DNA of 64,000 nt, from the NCBI GenBank assembly GCA_963762145.1, contig CAVXJS010000021.1, positions 672,001 to 736,000 of the forward strand, read 5' to 3'. Shown here in pieces: positions 29,018 through 38,637 of the stretch. Source of the DNA: an uncultured Candidatus Rokubacteria bacterium. GTDB taxonomy: Bacteria > Methylomirabilota > Methylomirabilia > Rokubacteriales > CSP1-6. Within the stretch, counting starts at the first letter, position 1. Every line of letters begins with the position of its first letter. Both the position numbers and the translations under genes were made by a program. The notes under the pieces are model-generated. The model did not search any database. It was not told where the DNA came from and saw only the letters and a program-made list of their open reading frames with translations.

Positions 29018-30487
29018 CTACGCGCCCGCCTCGAGGGAGTCGAAGCTCCAGCGCTCGAGCGGGATCATCGTGTCCAGATCCGGCTCGAAGCCCACCCCGT
29101 AGCCGGGCGTGGCGAGCGAGCCCACCCGGAGCCGTCCGTCCTCGATGCGGAGCCAGGCCTCCCGCTCGTCGCCGGTGTAGAGATCGGGGTGATGGCGGAG
29201 CGCGGCGGCCCGCTCGCCCGACGAGCAGTGCGCGAGGCCGCGCACGTAGTGGTGGCCGTTGCGCTCGACGTGCGTGATGCCGAGCGCCCGCACGGTGGCC
29301 AGGTCCTGCTGCACCGGCACGACCGGCACGTTGGTGAGATCCTCGGCGCTCATGAACAGGCGCGCGGGCCCGGGCTGCCCCGCGTTCCGCCGCTCGACCA
29401 GCGAGCGGTTCAGGAAGGATTTGATGATGCCCTTGCAGTTCTTGGTGGACACCCCGCGGTAGCCGAGAGCGAGGGCCCGGGGAAAGGCCTCGAGATCGCC
29501 GTCGCTCTCGTCGATGATGATGGGCACCCGGCGGCCGAGCGCGGCGAGCCCCTCGGTCGCTGCGGCGTCGAGCGCGATCCCGCGATCGAGCGGCTGCTCG
29601 ATGAAGGCGGTCGAGCGCCACAGGCGGGCGAGCGCCCGCGTCCGCTCGATGGCCTCCACGAGCGCGGCGAAGTCGGCCATCGTCTTGTACTGCTCGTTGC
29701 CGTCGAGCGTCGCCAGGTAGGCGTCGGGGATCAGCCGGTCGAGCGTCGCCGCGATGCGGGCGAGGCGGTCCACGTCGTCTCCGAGCTGGCCGCCGACTTT
29801 CAACTTGAAGTGGCGGAGATCGTGGGCCCGCACGCACTCCTCGAGCGTCTGCGGCAGGCCGTCGCGCAGCCACCCGTCGGCCGGCACGTCGGCCGCGACG
29901 ATGGGATCGAGCAGGCCCACGGTGTGCCGGACCGCGACGGTGTCCGGCGCGGGGCCGCGGGCCCACGCCAGCAGATCCTCGCGGGTCAGCTCGCGATGCA
30001 CCGCCTCGGGCCGGATCCCCAGCACGTCGTCGCGCAGCATCCCGACCACGTCGCGCCCCGTGAGACGCCCGGCCGCGTCGGCCAGGGCGCGCTCGAACAG
30101 GGAGGAGCCGAAGGCCGCGGTGAGACCGTTGAGCCCGAGGGAGGGGCCGCCGCGCGCACAGGCCGCGTACGCCTCCTGCCAGACCTCGAAGATCGGGCGC
30201 GGCCGGCGGCCCGCGTCGAGATACGCCGCCCGCGCGGCGCGGATGGACGCGAGCTGGTCGGTGACGTTGTCGCGGAAGGTCTTGGCCGGATCCTTGTCGA
30301 ACCACTTCGGCGGCAGGTTGTCGGCCGCGAACCCGCGGACGCGGCGGCCGTCGGCCGCCTCCACGTCCACCGCCAGGTGCAGCAGCGGGAAATGGGTGAG
30401 CGTGACCACCCCGTAGCGGAACGGCAGACGCGTGCGCAGGTTGCGCAGGTGGCAGGAGGCGGCGGTGACCGCGAGCGCCAGGCTCAC
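29018..30487 (-). CDS. Enolase-superfamily (mandelate racemase-like) protein
   Basis: RLPFRYG, PKWFDK, RHTVGL.D, FKLK, LDGNEQ, IEQP, IIDE, GVS.KNCKG, ERNGHHY. Confidence 0.78.
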   Translation of the reverse strand: MSLALAVTAASCHLRNLRTRLPFRYGVVTLTHFPLLHLAVDVEAADGRRVRGFAADNLPPKWFDKDPAKTFRDNVTDQLASIRAARAAYLDAGRRPRPIFEVWQEAYAACARGGPSLGLNGLTAAFGSSLFERALADAAGRLTGRDVVGMLRDDVLGIRPEAVHRELTREDLLAWARGPAPDTVAVRHTVGLLDPIVAADVPADGWLRDGLPQTLEECVRAHDLRHFKLKVGGQLGDDVDRLARIAATLDRLIPDAYLATLDGNEQYKTMADFAALVEAIERTRALARLWRSTAFIEQPLDRGIALDAAATEGLAALGRRVPIIIDESDGDLEAFPRALALGYRGVSTKNCKGIIKSFLNRSLVERRNAGQPGPARLFMSAEDLTNVPVVPVQQDLATVRALGITHVERNGHHYVRGLAHCSSGERAAALRHHPDLYTGDEREAWLRIEDGRLRVGSLATPGYGVGFEPDLDTMIPLERWSFDSLEAGA

Positions 30488-32157
30488 GGCCGGGCGTCGA
30501 GTGTCACCGAGGTCGCGTGATCCAGGCCCTCGCGGAGATAGACGAGGTTCACCGTCTCGCCGGGCCGGCGGCGATCGAGCTGCGCGCGCAGGTCCGCGAA
30601 GCCGTGGAGCCCCGTATCGGCCAGGCGAACCAGCACGTCGCCCGCGCGCAGCCCGGCCTTCTCCGCCGCGCTGCCGGGAATGACCGAGCCGAGCCGCACG
30701 CCGTCCCAGCCGGCGCGCCCGTCCGCCGCGATGCCGAGGAACGCGCCGGCCGCGCGCTCGGCCGGCGCGGCGCGCGCCGAGCGGCGCGGGGACGCGGGGC
30801 CCTGCGCGAAGACCGGACGCGGCCCCTCCGCGATGCGCGCGGCGATGCGCGCGCCCAGATCGGCGATGCGCGTCATGCCGGCGACGTCGATCCGGTCCGC
30901 GGTGTCCGAGGGCTGGTGGTAGTCCGGGTGCTGGCCGCTGTGGAAGAAGAGCACCGGCACGCCCGCGGCGTGGAACCGCGAGTGATCGGACGCCCCGCCG
31001 CCGCCGCCGCGCACCTCGAGATCGAGCCCGGCGTCGCGGCCCGCCGCCTCCACGAGCGGGCGAAAGCCCGCGCCGGTGTCCACGCCCCCGACGAGCAGGG
31101 AGCGTCCGGCCAGGCGGCCGACCATGTCGAAGTTGAGCATGGCGGCCATGCGCTCGACCGGGACCGCGGAGGGCTGGCCCACGTGGTGCGCCGAACCCAG
31201 CAGCCCGAGCTCCTCGCCCGCGAAGAGGATGAACACCAGGGTCCGGGGCGGGCGCGCCGCCGCGAACGAGCGCGCCAGGCCCAGGACCAGCGCGGTGCCC
31301 GACGCGTTGTCGTCGGCGCCGTGGTACACCGACGCGCCCTCCCGCCCGAGATGATCGTAGTGCGCGCCAATGACCACCGCCTCCCGCGCGAGCGCGGGAT
31401 CCGCCCCGGGCAGGACGCCGATCACGTTCGCGGCGCGGAGCTGCGTGCGCGCCAGCTCCACCTCGAGCTCCACGCGCGCGCCGGTGTCCCCGCGGGTCAG
31501 CCCGACGAGCGTCTTGCCGGTGCCGGCCAGCAGCGTGTCGAGGCCCGCGCGGGTCACGCTGCCCGAGAGCAGGGCCACCGGCGCCGCCGTCGCGGTCACC
31601 GCGGGCAGCGGGTCCTCGACGATGAGGAGGCCCAGTGCCCCCGCGCGGCGCGCCGCGATCAGCTGCTCGAGCCGGGACGGCCGCCCGACCGACCCCGGCG
31701 CTCCGGCCACCGCGAGCGCGATGCGGCCCCGCACGTCCACGCCCGTGTAGTCGTCGGGACCGACGAAGACCAGGTCACCCGAGACGCGGCCGGTGCTTGA
31801 GCCACCGTGCGGCGTCCACGCCTGCCCGAGGGCCAGCGGCGTCGCGGCAGGACCGGCCGCCACGAGCCGGCTGCCGGCGCCGGCCCGCGGCTCCTCGCCC
31901 ACCGCGAACTCCTGGAAGAACGTGCCCGCGTCCCCGCCGGGCTGCAGGCCGAGCCGCGCCAGCTCGGCCGCGATGTAGCGGGCGGCGCGGTCCCCGCCGG
32001 GCGTGCCGGAGCCGCGCCCCTCCATGTCCGGCGCGGTCAGGGCCAGCACGTGCGCCTGCAGATCGGCCGCGGCCGGAGGCGCGGGCGCCGCCGCGGCGGT
32101 GGTCAGCAGGAGGGCCAGGAGCGCGGTCAGCCCCGAAGCCCGGCGAAGTCGCGTCAC
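30484..32157 (-). CDS. M28 family metallopeptidase with PA and PDZ domains
   Basis: Signal peptide, EGRGSGTPG, IGAHYDHLG, GADDNASG, GEELGLLGS, N.DMVGR, SDH, HPDYH, C-terminal FLGI...GS.AEKAGL..GD. Confidence 0.92.
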   Translation of the reverse strand: MTRLRRASGLTALLALLLTTAAAAPAPPAAADLQAHVLALTAPDMEGRGSGTPGGDRAARYIAAELARLGLQPGGDAGTFFQEFAVGEEPRAGAGSRLVAAGPAATPLALGQAWTPHGGSSTGRVSGDLVFVGPDDYTGVDVRGRIALAVAGAPGSVGRPSRLEQLIAARRAGALGLLIVEDPLPAVTATAAPVALLSGSVTRAGLDTLLAGTGKTLVGLTRGDTGARVELEVELARTQLRAANVIGVLPGADPALAREAVVIGAHYDHLGREGASVYHGADDNASGTALVLGLARSFAAARPPRTLVFILFAGEELGLLGSAHHVGQPSAVPVERMAAMLNFDMVGRLAGRSLLVGGVDTGAGFRPLVEAAGRDAGLDLEVRGGGGGASDHSRFHAAGVPVLFFHSGQHPDYHQPSDTADRIDVAGMTRIADLGARIAARIAEGPRPVFAQGPASPRRSARAAPAERAAGAFLGIAADGRAGWDGVRLGSVIPGSAAEKAGLRAGDVLVRLADTGLHGFADLRAQLDRRRPGETVNLVYLREGLDHATSVTLDARP

Positions 32158-32212
32158 GACGCTACTGTACCGCAGGAGACAAGATCGGCGGCTTGGCGGT
32201 ACACTCGGGCCC

Positions 32213-32587
32213 ATGTCGAGCCTGGCCCGGGTATTGGCCCTGACCGCCGCGCTGCTGCTGGGCGGCGTCGCGGCCGCGGCGGCGCAGGGCCCCGACGTGC
32301 TCTACGCCGATTCGCTGCGGCCCGAGTGGACCGTCGAGTCCACGCGGGCGGGACGGCCGCAGGTGGTCGGCTACCTCTACAACAGCAACATCAAGCAAGC
32401 GGCCAATGTCTGGCTTCGCGTGGACCAGCTCGGCGCGGACGGCGCGGTGGCGGGCACCTACCGGCGGCGCGTGGTGGGTGACGTGCTGTCGGGCGGGCGC
32501 TCGGTGTTCGAGGTGCCCGTGGCCGACGCGGGCGCGCGCTATCGCGTGACGGTGGAGACCGTGGACTGGGTGAAGGAGTGCCGGTAG
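32213..32587 (+). CDS. Secreted hypothetical protein (FxLYD-like Ig fold)
   Basis: Signal peptide, V.GYLYN, V.L.V..L...G, V.GDV..GGRS.F.V. Confidence 0.7.
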   Translation: MSSLARVLALTAALLLGGVAAAAAQGPDVLYADSLRPEWTVESTRAGRPQVVGYLYNSNIKQAANVWLRVDQLGADGAVAGTYRRRVVGDVLSGGRSVFEVPVADAGARYRVTVETVDWVKECR

Positions 32588-32606
32588 CGCCCGATCCCCC
32601 GACCCA

Positions 32607-32641
32607 CCCCTCACCCTGCCCTCTCCCCTGAGGGGAGAGGG
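32607..32641. repeat. Repeat family A copy directly upstream of the esterase start
   Basis: CCCCTCACCCTGCCCTCTCCCCTGAGGGGAGAGGG. Confidence 0.85.
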
Positions 32642-32648
32642 AAAGCCA

Positions 32649-33320
32649 ATGGCGGACCTGCTGGACTCCATCGAGATCGAGACCGCGCCGAATCCCGACG
32701 CGGCGGTGGTCTGGATGCACGGGCTCGGCGCCGACGGGCACGACTTCGAGCCGATCGTGCCCGAGCTCCGCCTGCCCGCGACGACACGCATCCGGTTCGT
32801 CTTCCCGCACGCGCCGCTCCGACCCGTCACCATCAACCAGGGCCACGTCATGCGCGCGTGGTACGACGTCCGCGCGCTCGCGGGCGTGCGGCGCGAGGAC
32901 GAGGCGGGCGTGCGCCAGTCGGCCCGCCAGGTCGAGGCGCTGCTCGCGCGGGAGCGGCAGCGGGGCATCGCCCCCCGCCGCCTGGTGATCGCCGGCTTCT
33001 CCCAGGGCGGCGCCATGGCGCTGCACGTGGGCCTGCGCCACCCCGACCGGCTCGCGGGGATCCTCGCGCTCTCGTGCTACCTGCCGCTGGCCGTCACGCT
33101 CGACGCCGAGCTGTCCCCAGCCAACCGCGACGTGCCGATCTTCTGGGCCCACGGCGTCCACGATCCGATGATCCCGCAGGCCATGGCCGAGCAGGGGCGC
33201 GCGCAGCTCGCCCAGCTCGGCTACCAGATCGACTGGCACCAGTACCCGATCCCGCACTCCGTCTCGGCGGAAGAGATCGCCGACGTCGCCCGCTGGCTCG
33301 CGCGGGTGCTCGCCGCGTGA
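32649..33320 (+). CDS. Carboxylesterase/phospholipase (alpha/beta hydrolase)
   Basis: WMHGLGADG.DF, FPHAP, MRAWYD, GFSQGG, HG..D, HSV. Confidence 0.94.
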   Translation: MADLLDSIEIETAPNPDAAVVWMHGLGADGHDFEPIVPELRLPATTRIRFVFPHAPLRPVTINQGHVMRAWYDVRALAGVRREDEAGVRQSARQVEALLARERQRGIAPRRLVIAGFSQGGAMALHVGLRHPDRLAGILALSCYLPLAVTLDAELSPANRDVPIFWAHGVHDPMIPQAMAEQGRAQLAQLGYQIDWHQYPIPHSVSAEEIADVARWLARVLAA

Positions 33321-33344
33321 CGTCCACCCTCAGGAGGTGAGCCC

Positions 33345-33965
33345 ATGCAGGACCGTCTGACCATGCCCATCGGAAACGCGATCTTCACCCAGCGGTCTAC
33401 TCGAAAGATGCGCCCGGATCCCATCCCGGTCGAGGATCTGCACCTGCTGATGGAGGCCGCGGTGAAGGCCCCGAACGGCGGCAACAACCAGGTCGGCCGC
33501 TTCCTGATCGTGAACGACCGCGCGAAGATCCGCGAGTTCGGCGCGCTCTACAAGGAAGCCTGGTGGGCCAAGCGCTGGGACGATCACAGGTGGACGAAGC
33601 CGGAGGACATTCCGCTCACCGACAAGAACCACCGCTCCGCGATGGGGCTCTCCGAGGACATGAAGGACGTCCCGTGCGTGGTCTTCGCGTTCACCGCGCC
33701 GGGCGGCGGCGCCAACTCGGTGATCCCGGCCTGCCAGAACCTGATGCTGGCCGCGCACGCCCTCGGCATCGGCTCGCTCCCGACCACGCTGCACGCCAAG
33801 GTGATGGATCGCTTCCACGCGATGTTCGACATCCCCAAGGAGATGACCTTCCACTTCTGCATCCCGCTCGGCTACCCCGCCGTGAAGTACGGCCCGAGCA
33901 AGCGGAAGCCGACCACGGAGACCACCTCCCTCAACCGCTGGGGCGGAGCGGTCCCGTGGCGGTGA
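33345..33965 (+). CDS. Nitroreductase family protein
   Basis: RSTRK, AP.GGN.Q, QNLMLAAHALGIGS, IPLGYP. Confidence 0.92.
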   Translation: MQDRLTMPIGNAIFTQRSTRKMRPDPIPVEDLHLLMEAAVKAPNGGNNQVGRFLIVNDRAKIREFGALYKEAWWAKRWDDHRWTKPEDIPLTDKNHRSAMGLSEDMKDVPCVVFAFTAPGGGANSVIPACQNLMLAAHALGIGSLPTTLHAKVMDRFHAMFDIPKEMTFHFCIPLGYPAVKYGPSKRKPTTETTSLNRWGGAVPWR

Positions 33966-34870
33966 CGCGCAAGCCCGCGGTCAGCCTCGCCGCGGTCCCC
34001 GGCCGCCGCAAGGCGACCGTGGAGATGGCCAAGCGCCTCGAGGAGGAGGGCTTCGCCGGGCTCTACTGCCCGAGCCTGGGCGACGGCCTCGGCCTCTGCG
34101 AGGCCATCGCGCTCGCCACCCGCACCATTCCGTTCGGGACCAGCATCTCCAACATCTACACCCGCCATGCCCTCGACTTCGCCCAGACCGCGGCGCTGAT
34201 CCACGAGCTGTCCGGCGGGCGCTTTCGCTTCGGCGTCGGCATCAGCCACGGCCCCACGCACGATCGCCTCGGCATCAAGCCGGGCAAGCCGCTCGAGGAC
34301 ATGCGCCGCTTCGTGCAGGACCTCAAGGCGGGCGCCAAGCTGGCGGGCGAGCTTCCTCCGATCACGCTCGCCACTCTCCGAAAGAAGATGACGGCCCTTT
34401 CCGCCGAGATCGCCCAGGGCGCGGTGTGGGCCAACGCGGCACGCTCGCACATGCCGGAATCGCTCAAGGCCCTCCCCGACGCCGCGCGCACCGGCTCCGA
34501 CTTCTTCATCGGCAACATGGTCCCGACCTGCATCGACACCGACCGCGCCGCGGCCGCCGCGGTGAACCGTCGCACCCTGACCGGCTACGTGAAGCTCCCG
34601 AACTACCAGAACTACTGGATCGAGGCCGGCTTCGAGGAGGAGATGCAGGCCATCCGCAAGGCGATCGCGGCGGGCCAGGAGGACAAAATCCCGTCACTGA
34701 TGTCCGACCGCTGGCTCTCCCAGGTCACGCTCTACGGCAGCGCATCAGAAGTGCGCGACGGTGTCGAGGCCTGGTACGCGGCGGGCGTGAAGACGCTGAT
34801 CGTGGTGCCGTCGTCCGCGAAGGGCAATCAGATGGTGGCCCTGCAGGAACTCATCGACCTGTATCGCTGA
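33962..34870 (+). CDS. LLM class flavin-dependent oxidoreductase
   Basis: A.AT..I.FGT.I.NIY.R, ELSGGRF.FG.G.SH. GTGA overlap with the nitroreductase stop. Confidence 0.88.
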   Translation: MTRKPAVSLAAVPGRRKATVEMAKRLEEEGFAGLYCPSLGDGLGLCEAIALATRTIPFGTSISNIYTRHALDFAQTAALIHELSGGRFRFGVGISHGPTHDRLGIKPGKPLEDMRRFVQDLKAGAKLAGELPPITLATLRKKMTALSAEIAQGAVWANAARSHMPESLKALPDAARTGSDFFIGNMVPTCIDTDRAAAAAVNRRTLTGYVKLPNYQNYWIEAGFEEEMQAIRKAIAAGQEDKIPSLMSDRWLSQVTLYGSASEVRDGVEAWYAAGVKTLIVVPSSAKGNQMVALQELIDLYR

Positions 34871-34898
34871 CCACTCGACATCCTCACGAGGTGACCGA

Positions 34899-35879
34899 AT
34901 GAGGCGACGGCAGTTCATCACCCTCCTCGGAAGCACCGTCGCCTGGACCGCCTCCGCCCACGCGCAGGGGTCGCCGCCGACTCCGGTGATCGGATTTCTC
35001 AACAGCGCCACTCACGAGCTATATCAATTCAATGTGGCGGCGTTCCATCAGGGCCTTCGGGAGGAGGGCTTCATCGAAGGCAAGAACGTGGTCATCGAGT
35101 ACCGCTGGGCGGGCGGAGACTATGATCGGATGGGGGACCTGGCGAGAGATCTCGTCGCACGCAATGTGGCCGTGATCGCCGCCACCGGAGACGTCTCCTC
35201 CGCCCGGGCGGCCCAGTCGGCCACCACGAAGACTCCCATCGTGTTCACGATCGGCGGTGATCCAGTACGGTTCGGGCTGGTCGCCAGGTACAGCCGTCCC
35301 GGCGGCAACATCACCGGCATCAGTCTGATCTCCAGCGTGATCGGCGCCAAGCGCGTGGAGCTGCTGCACGACATCGCACCGGGGGCCAAGATCGCCCTGC
35401 TGATGAATCCGGACAACCCGAATGCGGCGGCGGAACAACGAGACACCCAGCAGGCGGCTCAGGCCATGGGACACCAGACCGTTGTCCTGAATGTGAGGAA
35501 CAAGCAGGATTTCCCCGCCGCGTTCGACGCGTTCGTTCGCGAGCGCGCTCGCGCGCTCTTCGTCGCGACCGATCCCATGCTGCTCAGTCAGCGCGATCCG
35601 CTCGTCCAGTTCGCCGCACAGCAGCGAGTGCCTGCCATTTATTTCGTCCGCGAGTTCGTGGTGGTGGGTGGGCTGGTCAGCTATGGCGCGAGCATCAGGG
35701 AGATGTACCGTCAGGCCGGTGTATACGCCGGCCGGATCCTGAAAGGGGCCAAGCCGGCCGAGCTGCCGGTCCTGCAGCCCACGATCGTCGAGCTGATCGT
35801 CAATCTCAAGACCGCGAAGGCACTCAACATCAACCTGCCGCAGACTCTGCTTCTTCGAGCCAACGAGCTGATCGAATGA
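34899..35879 (+). CDS. ABC transporter substrate-binding protein (ABC_sub_bind type)
   Basis: MRRRQFITLLG, GL.E.G.IEGKNV.IEYRWA, PGGNITG, GAKPAELPV.QPT..EL.VNLKTAKAL. Confidence 0.93.
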   Translation: MRRRQFITLLGSTVAWTASAHAQGSPPTPVIGFLNSATHELYQFNVAAFHQGLREEGFIEGKNVVIEYRWAGGDYDRMGDLARDLVARNVAVIAATGDVSSARAAQSATTKTPIVFTIGGDPVRFGLVARYSRPGGNITGISLISSVIGAKRVELLHDIAPGAKIALLMNPDNPNAAAEQRDTQQAAQAMGHQTVVLNVRNKQDFPAAFDAFVRERARALFVATDPMLLSQRDPLVQFAAQQRVPAIYFVREFVVVGGLVSYGASIREMYRQAGVYAGRILKGAKPAELPVLQPTIVELIVNLKTAKALNINLPQTLLLRANELIE

Positions 35880-35938
35880 GCCGGCCGGGGCGGCGCGGCC
35901 GGAGCTGATCGACGTCTACCACTGAGCCCGGCGCCGGC

Positions 35939-37390
35939 TCAGCGCAGCGCCACCGCCTCGAACCGGGCGATCACCGCGCCGGCCGCATCCAGCATCTCGA
36001 GGTGGCTGCCCTTGATGCGGTAGCGCGCCACCTTCTCGAGCGACTGGAGGAACAGCTGCTCCTGCTCCATGCCCGCCGGACAGGCCATCATGGTGCCGGC
36101 GGTCTGGCGGAGCCGCAGCGTGTCGCCGTCCTGCTGGAAGCTGCCCGTCACGCGGTTGCACCCGCCGCTGCCGGAGACGCGCGGCTCGGCGCTGGCGAAG
36201 ATGAGGTGCGGCTCGCGTTGCCGCTGCGCCACCCGCACCGGGGTCTCGCCCAGGCGCACCCGCTTCCAGTACGTGTCGCGCAGGGGGCTGTCGGCGAGCG
36301 GATTGCCGCAGGTCTCGCGCGGCCAGACGGTGACGAAGCGCTCCACCACCAGGCTCGTGCGTGGCGGCCGATTGGCCTCCGCAGACGGGCGCGGAGCGAT
36401 CAGGCCCTCGAGGCTCACCAGCAGCGCCTGGCCCGGCTGCCGGCGTTCCTTCAGGTAAGCGGCCTCGAGCGCCCGGTAGTCGCCCTCCATCGCCACCGGC
36501 AGGCGCCCGCCGTCGGCGCACAGGGTGATGGTCGCGGCGTCGGCCATGTACCTGAACATGCCGGTCAGCGCCAGGCGCGGCTCGATGAGCCCGGCCTGCG
36601 GCAACCGCTGGAGGCGGTCGTCGTGGCCGGATGCAATGGGTTGTCCCGCGAGATCCAGCTTGCGTAGCGTCCGGCCGCCATCGCCCGGCATGAAGAACAC
36701 CGTCTCCCGGGTACCGCGCAGCACCAGCCGCCCGGTGTCGGGCTCACGCCGCCAGCGGCCGACGTCGTCGAACCGGTTAGGCTCCGGCCGGTCCCTGTAG
36801 GTCAGGCGGAGCTGGTAGCGGCCCATGGGCAGCAGATCGAGGTGCCACACGATCGGCCCCCCGCTCGCACCGGGCAGCTCGCCTTCGAACGAGGCGGGCA
36901 GATCGATCCCGCCCTCCGATCCCGTCACGGTGGAGAGCCGCCGGCCGGCTCCGGTGGCGACCAGCAGCATCCGGAGCGGCGCGGCGCTGCCCGCGAGCAC
37001 CGGGTAAGCGCGGTCGGTGGTGAAGAGCAGCCGGCCCTGGTGCCTGACGGTGGCGCGGACGGCATATCGGCGTCTCGGTTGCACTGCCGCGTCGTCGTAC
37101 GCGATCTCGAAGCGGAATGGTGGCTGCCCTGCCGGATCGATCGTCGCGCGGCCTAGCACCGCCGCCGGCGCGTCGGCGCGCGAAACGTCCTGCAGCACCG
37201 CCTCGAAGACCGCGTCAGGCGGAAGCGCGATCCGCTCCCGGTATGCGGCCATGCCCTCCAGCGTCCCGCCCCACGCCGGGACACCGGCCAGTCCCGCAAC
37301 GCACGCGATCAGCACCGTCGTGGCGAGTCCCCGGCCAAGGAAACGGATCGTGGTGGTTCGCGGGCGTCGCGGGTGCCGACTGTCCAGCAT
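35939..37390 (-). CDS. YbaY-NlpE-META multidomain secreted protein (start uncertain)
   Basis: YRERIALPP.A...LQDVSRADAPA (YbaY), F.GELP.A (NlpE-N), GMFRYMADAA...C (NlpE-C), GSGGCNR/TMMAC (META). Confidence 0.82.
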   Translation of the reverse strand: MLDSRHPRRPRTTTIRFLGRGLATTVLIACVAGLAGVPAWGGTLEGMAAYRERIALPPDAVFEAVLQDVSRADAPAAVLGRATIDPAGQPPFRFEIAYDDAAVQPRRRYAVRATVRHQGRLLFTTDRAYPVLAGSAAPLRMLLVATGAGRRLSTVTGSEGGIDLPASFEGELPGASGGPIVWHLDLLPMGRYQLRLTYRDRPEPNRFDDVGRWRREPDTGRLVLRGTRETVFFMPGDGGRTLRKLDLAGQPIASGHDDRLQRLPQAGLIEPRLALTGMFRYMADAATITLCADGGRLPVAMEGDYRALEAAYLKERRQPGQALLVSLEGLIAPRPSAEANRPPRTSLVVERFVTVWPRETCGNPLADSPLRDTYWKRVRLGETPVRVAQRQREPHLIFASAEPRVSGSGGCNRVTGSFQQDGDTLRLRQTAGTMMACPAGMEQEQLFLQSLEKVARYRIKGSHLEMLDAAGAVIARFEAVALR

Positions 37391-37441
37391 CTCGTCCCGC
37401 CACCGATCCTACTCGATCCCTTGGTCCGCCTGGATCGCCCG

Positions 37442-38566
37442 TCACGCCAGCTCGGCCAGGATCTCTTTCCGGTGCTGATCGAGTGAGGGCGCCACCGCGC
37501 GCGGGGACCCGCTGCGCAGCGGCGGCAGACCCGGCACCTGCGGCACCGGCACCCGGCCGAGCCCGGGCTGCTCGATCCAGCTCACCGCGCCGATCGCCTT
37601 CACGTGCGGATCCTCGAGGAACTCGAGGTAGGTGTTCACCCGCTGGTGCATGAGCCGCGCCTTGCGCAGCCGCGCCGAGAGATCCGCGGTAGTGCGCTGG
37701 GCGAACGCGGGCTCGAGCAGCGCGTTGAGCACGGCCACGTTGGCGAAGCGCGAGTCGTTGGTGGCGAAGCGCGGATCGCCCTTCGCCGCGGGAATCTCGA
37801 GCGCGTCGCAGAGCGTGGGAAACTCCGCGTCGCGCAGGATCGTGAGATTGATCCAGCCGTCGCTCGCCTTGAAGGTGCCCGAGGGCGTGAGACCCGGCTG
37901 CGGCTTCCCGCCCTCCAGGTGGTGCTGGATCATGGAGACCGCCTGGAGGGTCGCCCCGCCGCGCAGCAGGCTCGACTCGATGTAGCGGCCGCGCGGCTCG
38001 TCGCGGCGGGCGTACAGCGCCACCGCCATCGCCTGGAAGTTGCTGAGCGCGGTGGCCATGTCCATCACGATCACGGGCACGCGGTGCGGGATGCCGTCGA
38101 GCCCGCGGTTCACCGACATGAGGCCGGTGAAGGCCTGGAACACGGTGTCCACCGCGGGCCGCTCCGCGTCGGGCCCGACCTGGCCGAATCCCGAGACCGA
38201 GAGATAGATGATGCGCGGGTTGAGGGCCTCGACCTCCGGGTAGCCGAAGCCGAGACGGGCCGCCACGCCCGGCCGGAAGGATTCGAGGAACACGTCGGCG
38301 CTCGACACCAGCCCGCGGAGGATCGCCCGGTCCTCGGCCGCCTTGAGGTCGAGCACGATCGAGCGCTTGCCGAGATTGGCCGCGATCGAGAACGCGGTCA
38401 TGTCGCCGTAGCGCTTGCCGAGCGCGCGCGCCCAGTCGCCTTCCGGCGGCTCCACCTTGATCACGTCGGCGCCGTACTGGGCCAGCAGCATGGCCGAGTA
38501 CGGCCCCGCGATCCCCTGGCTCAGATCCACCACCTTGAGGCCGGCGAAGGGCGCGTCGTAACTCAT
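37442..38566 (-). CDS. CoA-transferase family III (CaiB/BaiF)
   Basis: GLKVVDLS..IAGP, GADVIKVEPP.GD, N.GKRS..LDLK, FRPG, SGFGQ.GP. Confidence 0.94.
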   Translation of the reverse strand: MSYDAPFAGLKVVDLSQGIAGPYSAMLLAQYGADVIKVEPPEGDWARALGKRYGDMTAFSIAANLGKRSIVLDLKAAEDRAILRGLVSSADVFLESFRPGVAARLGFGYPEVEALNPRIIYLSVSGFGQVGPDAERPAVDTVFQAFTGLMSVNRGLDGIPHRVPVIVMDMATALSNFQAMAVALYARRDEPRGRYIESSLLRGGATLQAVSMIQHHLEGGKPQPGLTPSGTFKASDGWINLTILRDAEFPTLCDALEIPAAKGDPRFATNDSRFANVAVLNALLEPAFAQRTTADLSARLRKARLMHQRVNTYLEFLEDPHVKAIGAVSWIEQPGLGRVPVPQVPGLPPLRSGSPRAVAPSLDQHRKEILAELA

Positions 38567-38637
38567 CGCGTGCTTTCCTCCGGGACTGGGACTGGGCGAT
38601 AATGGCGCCCGCAGATCATACCCGAGGGAGGAACGCT

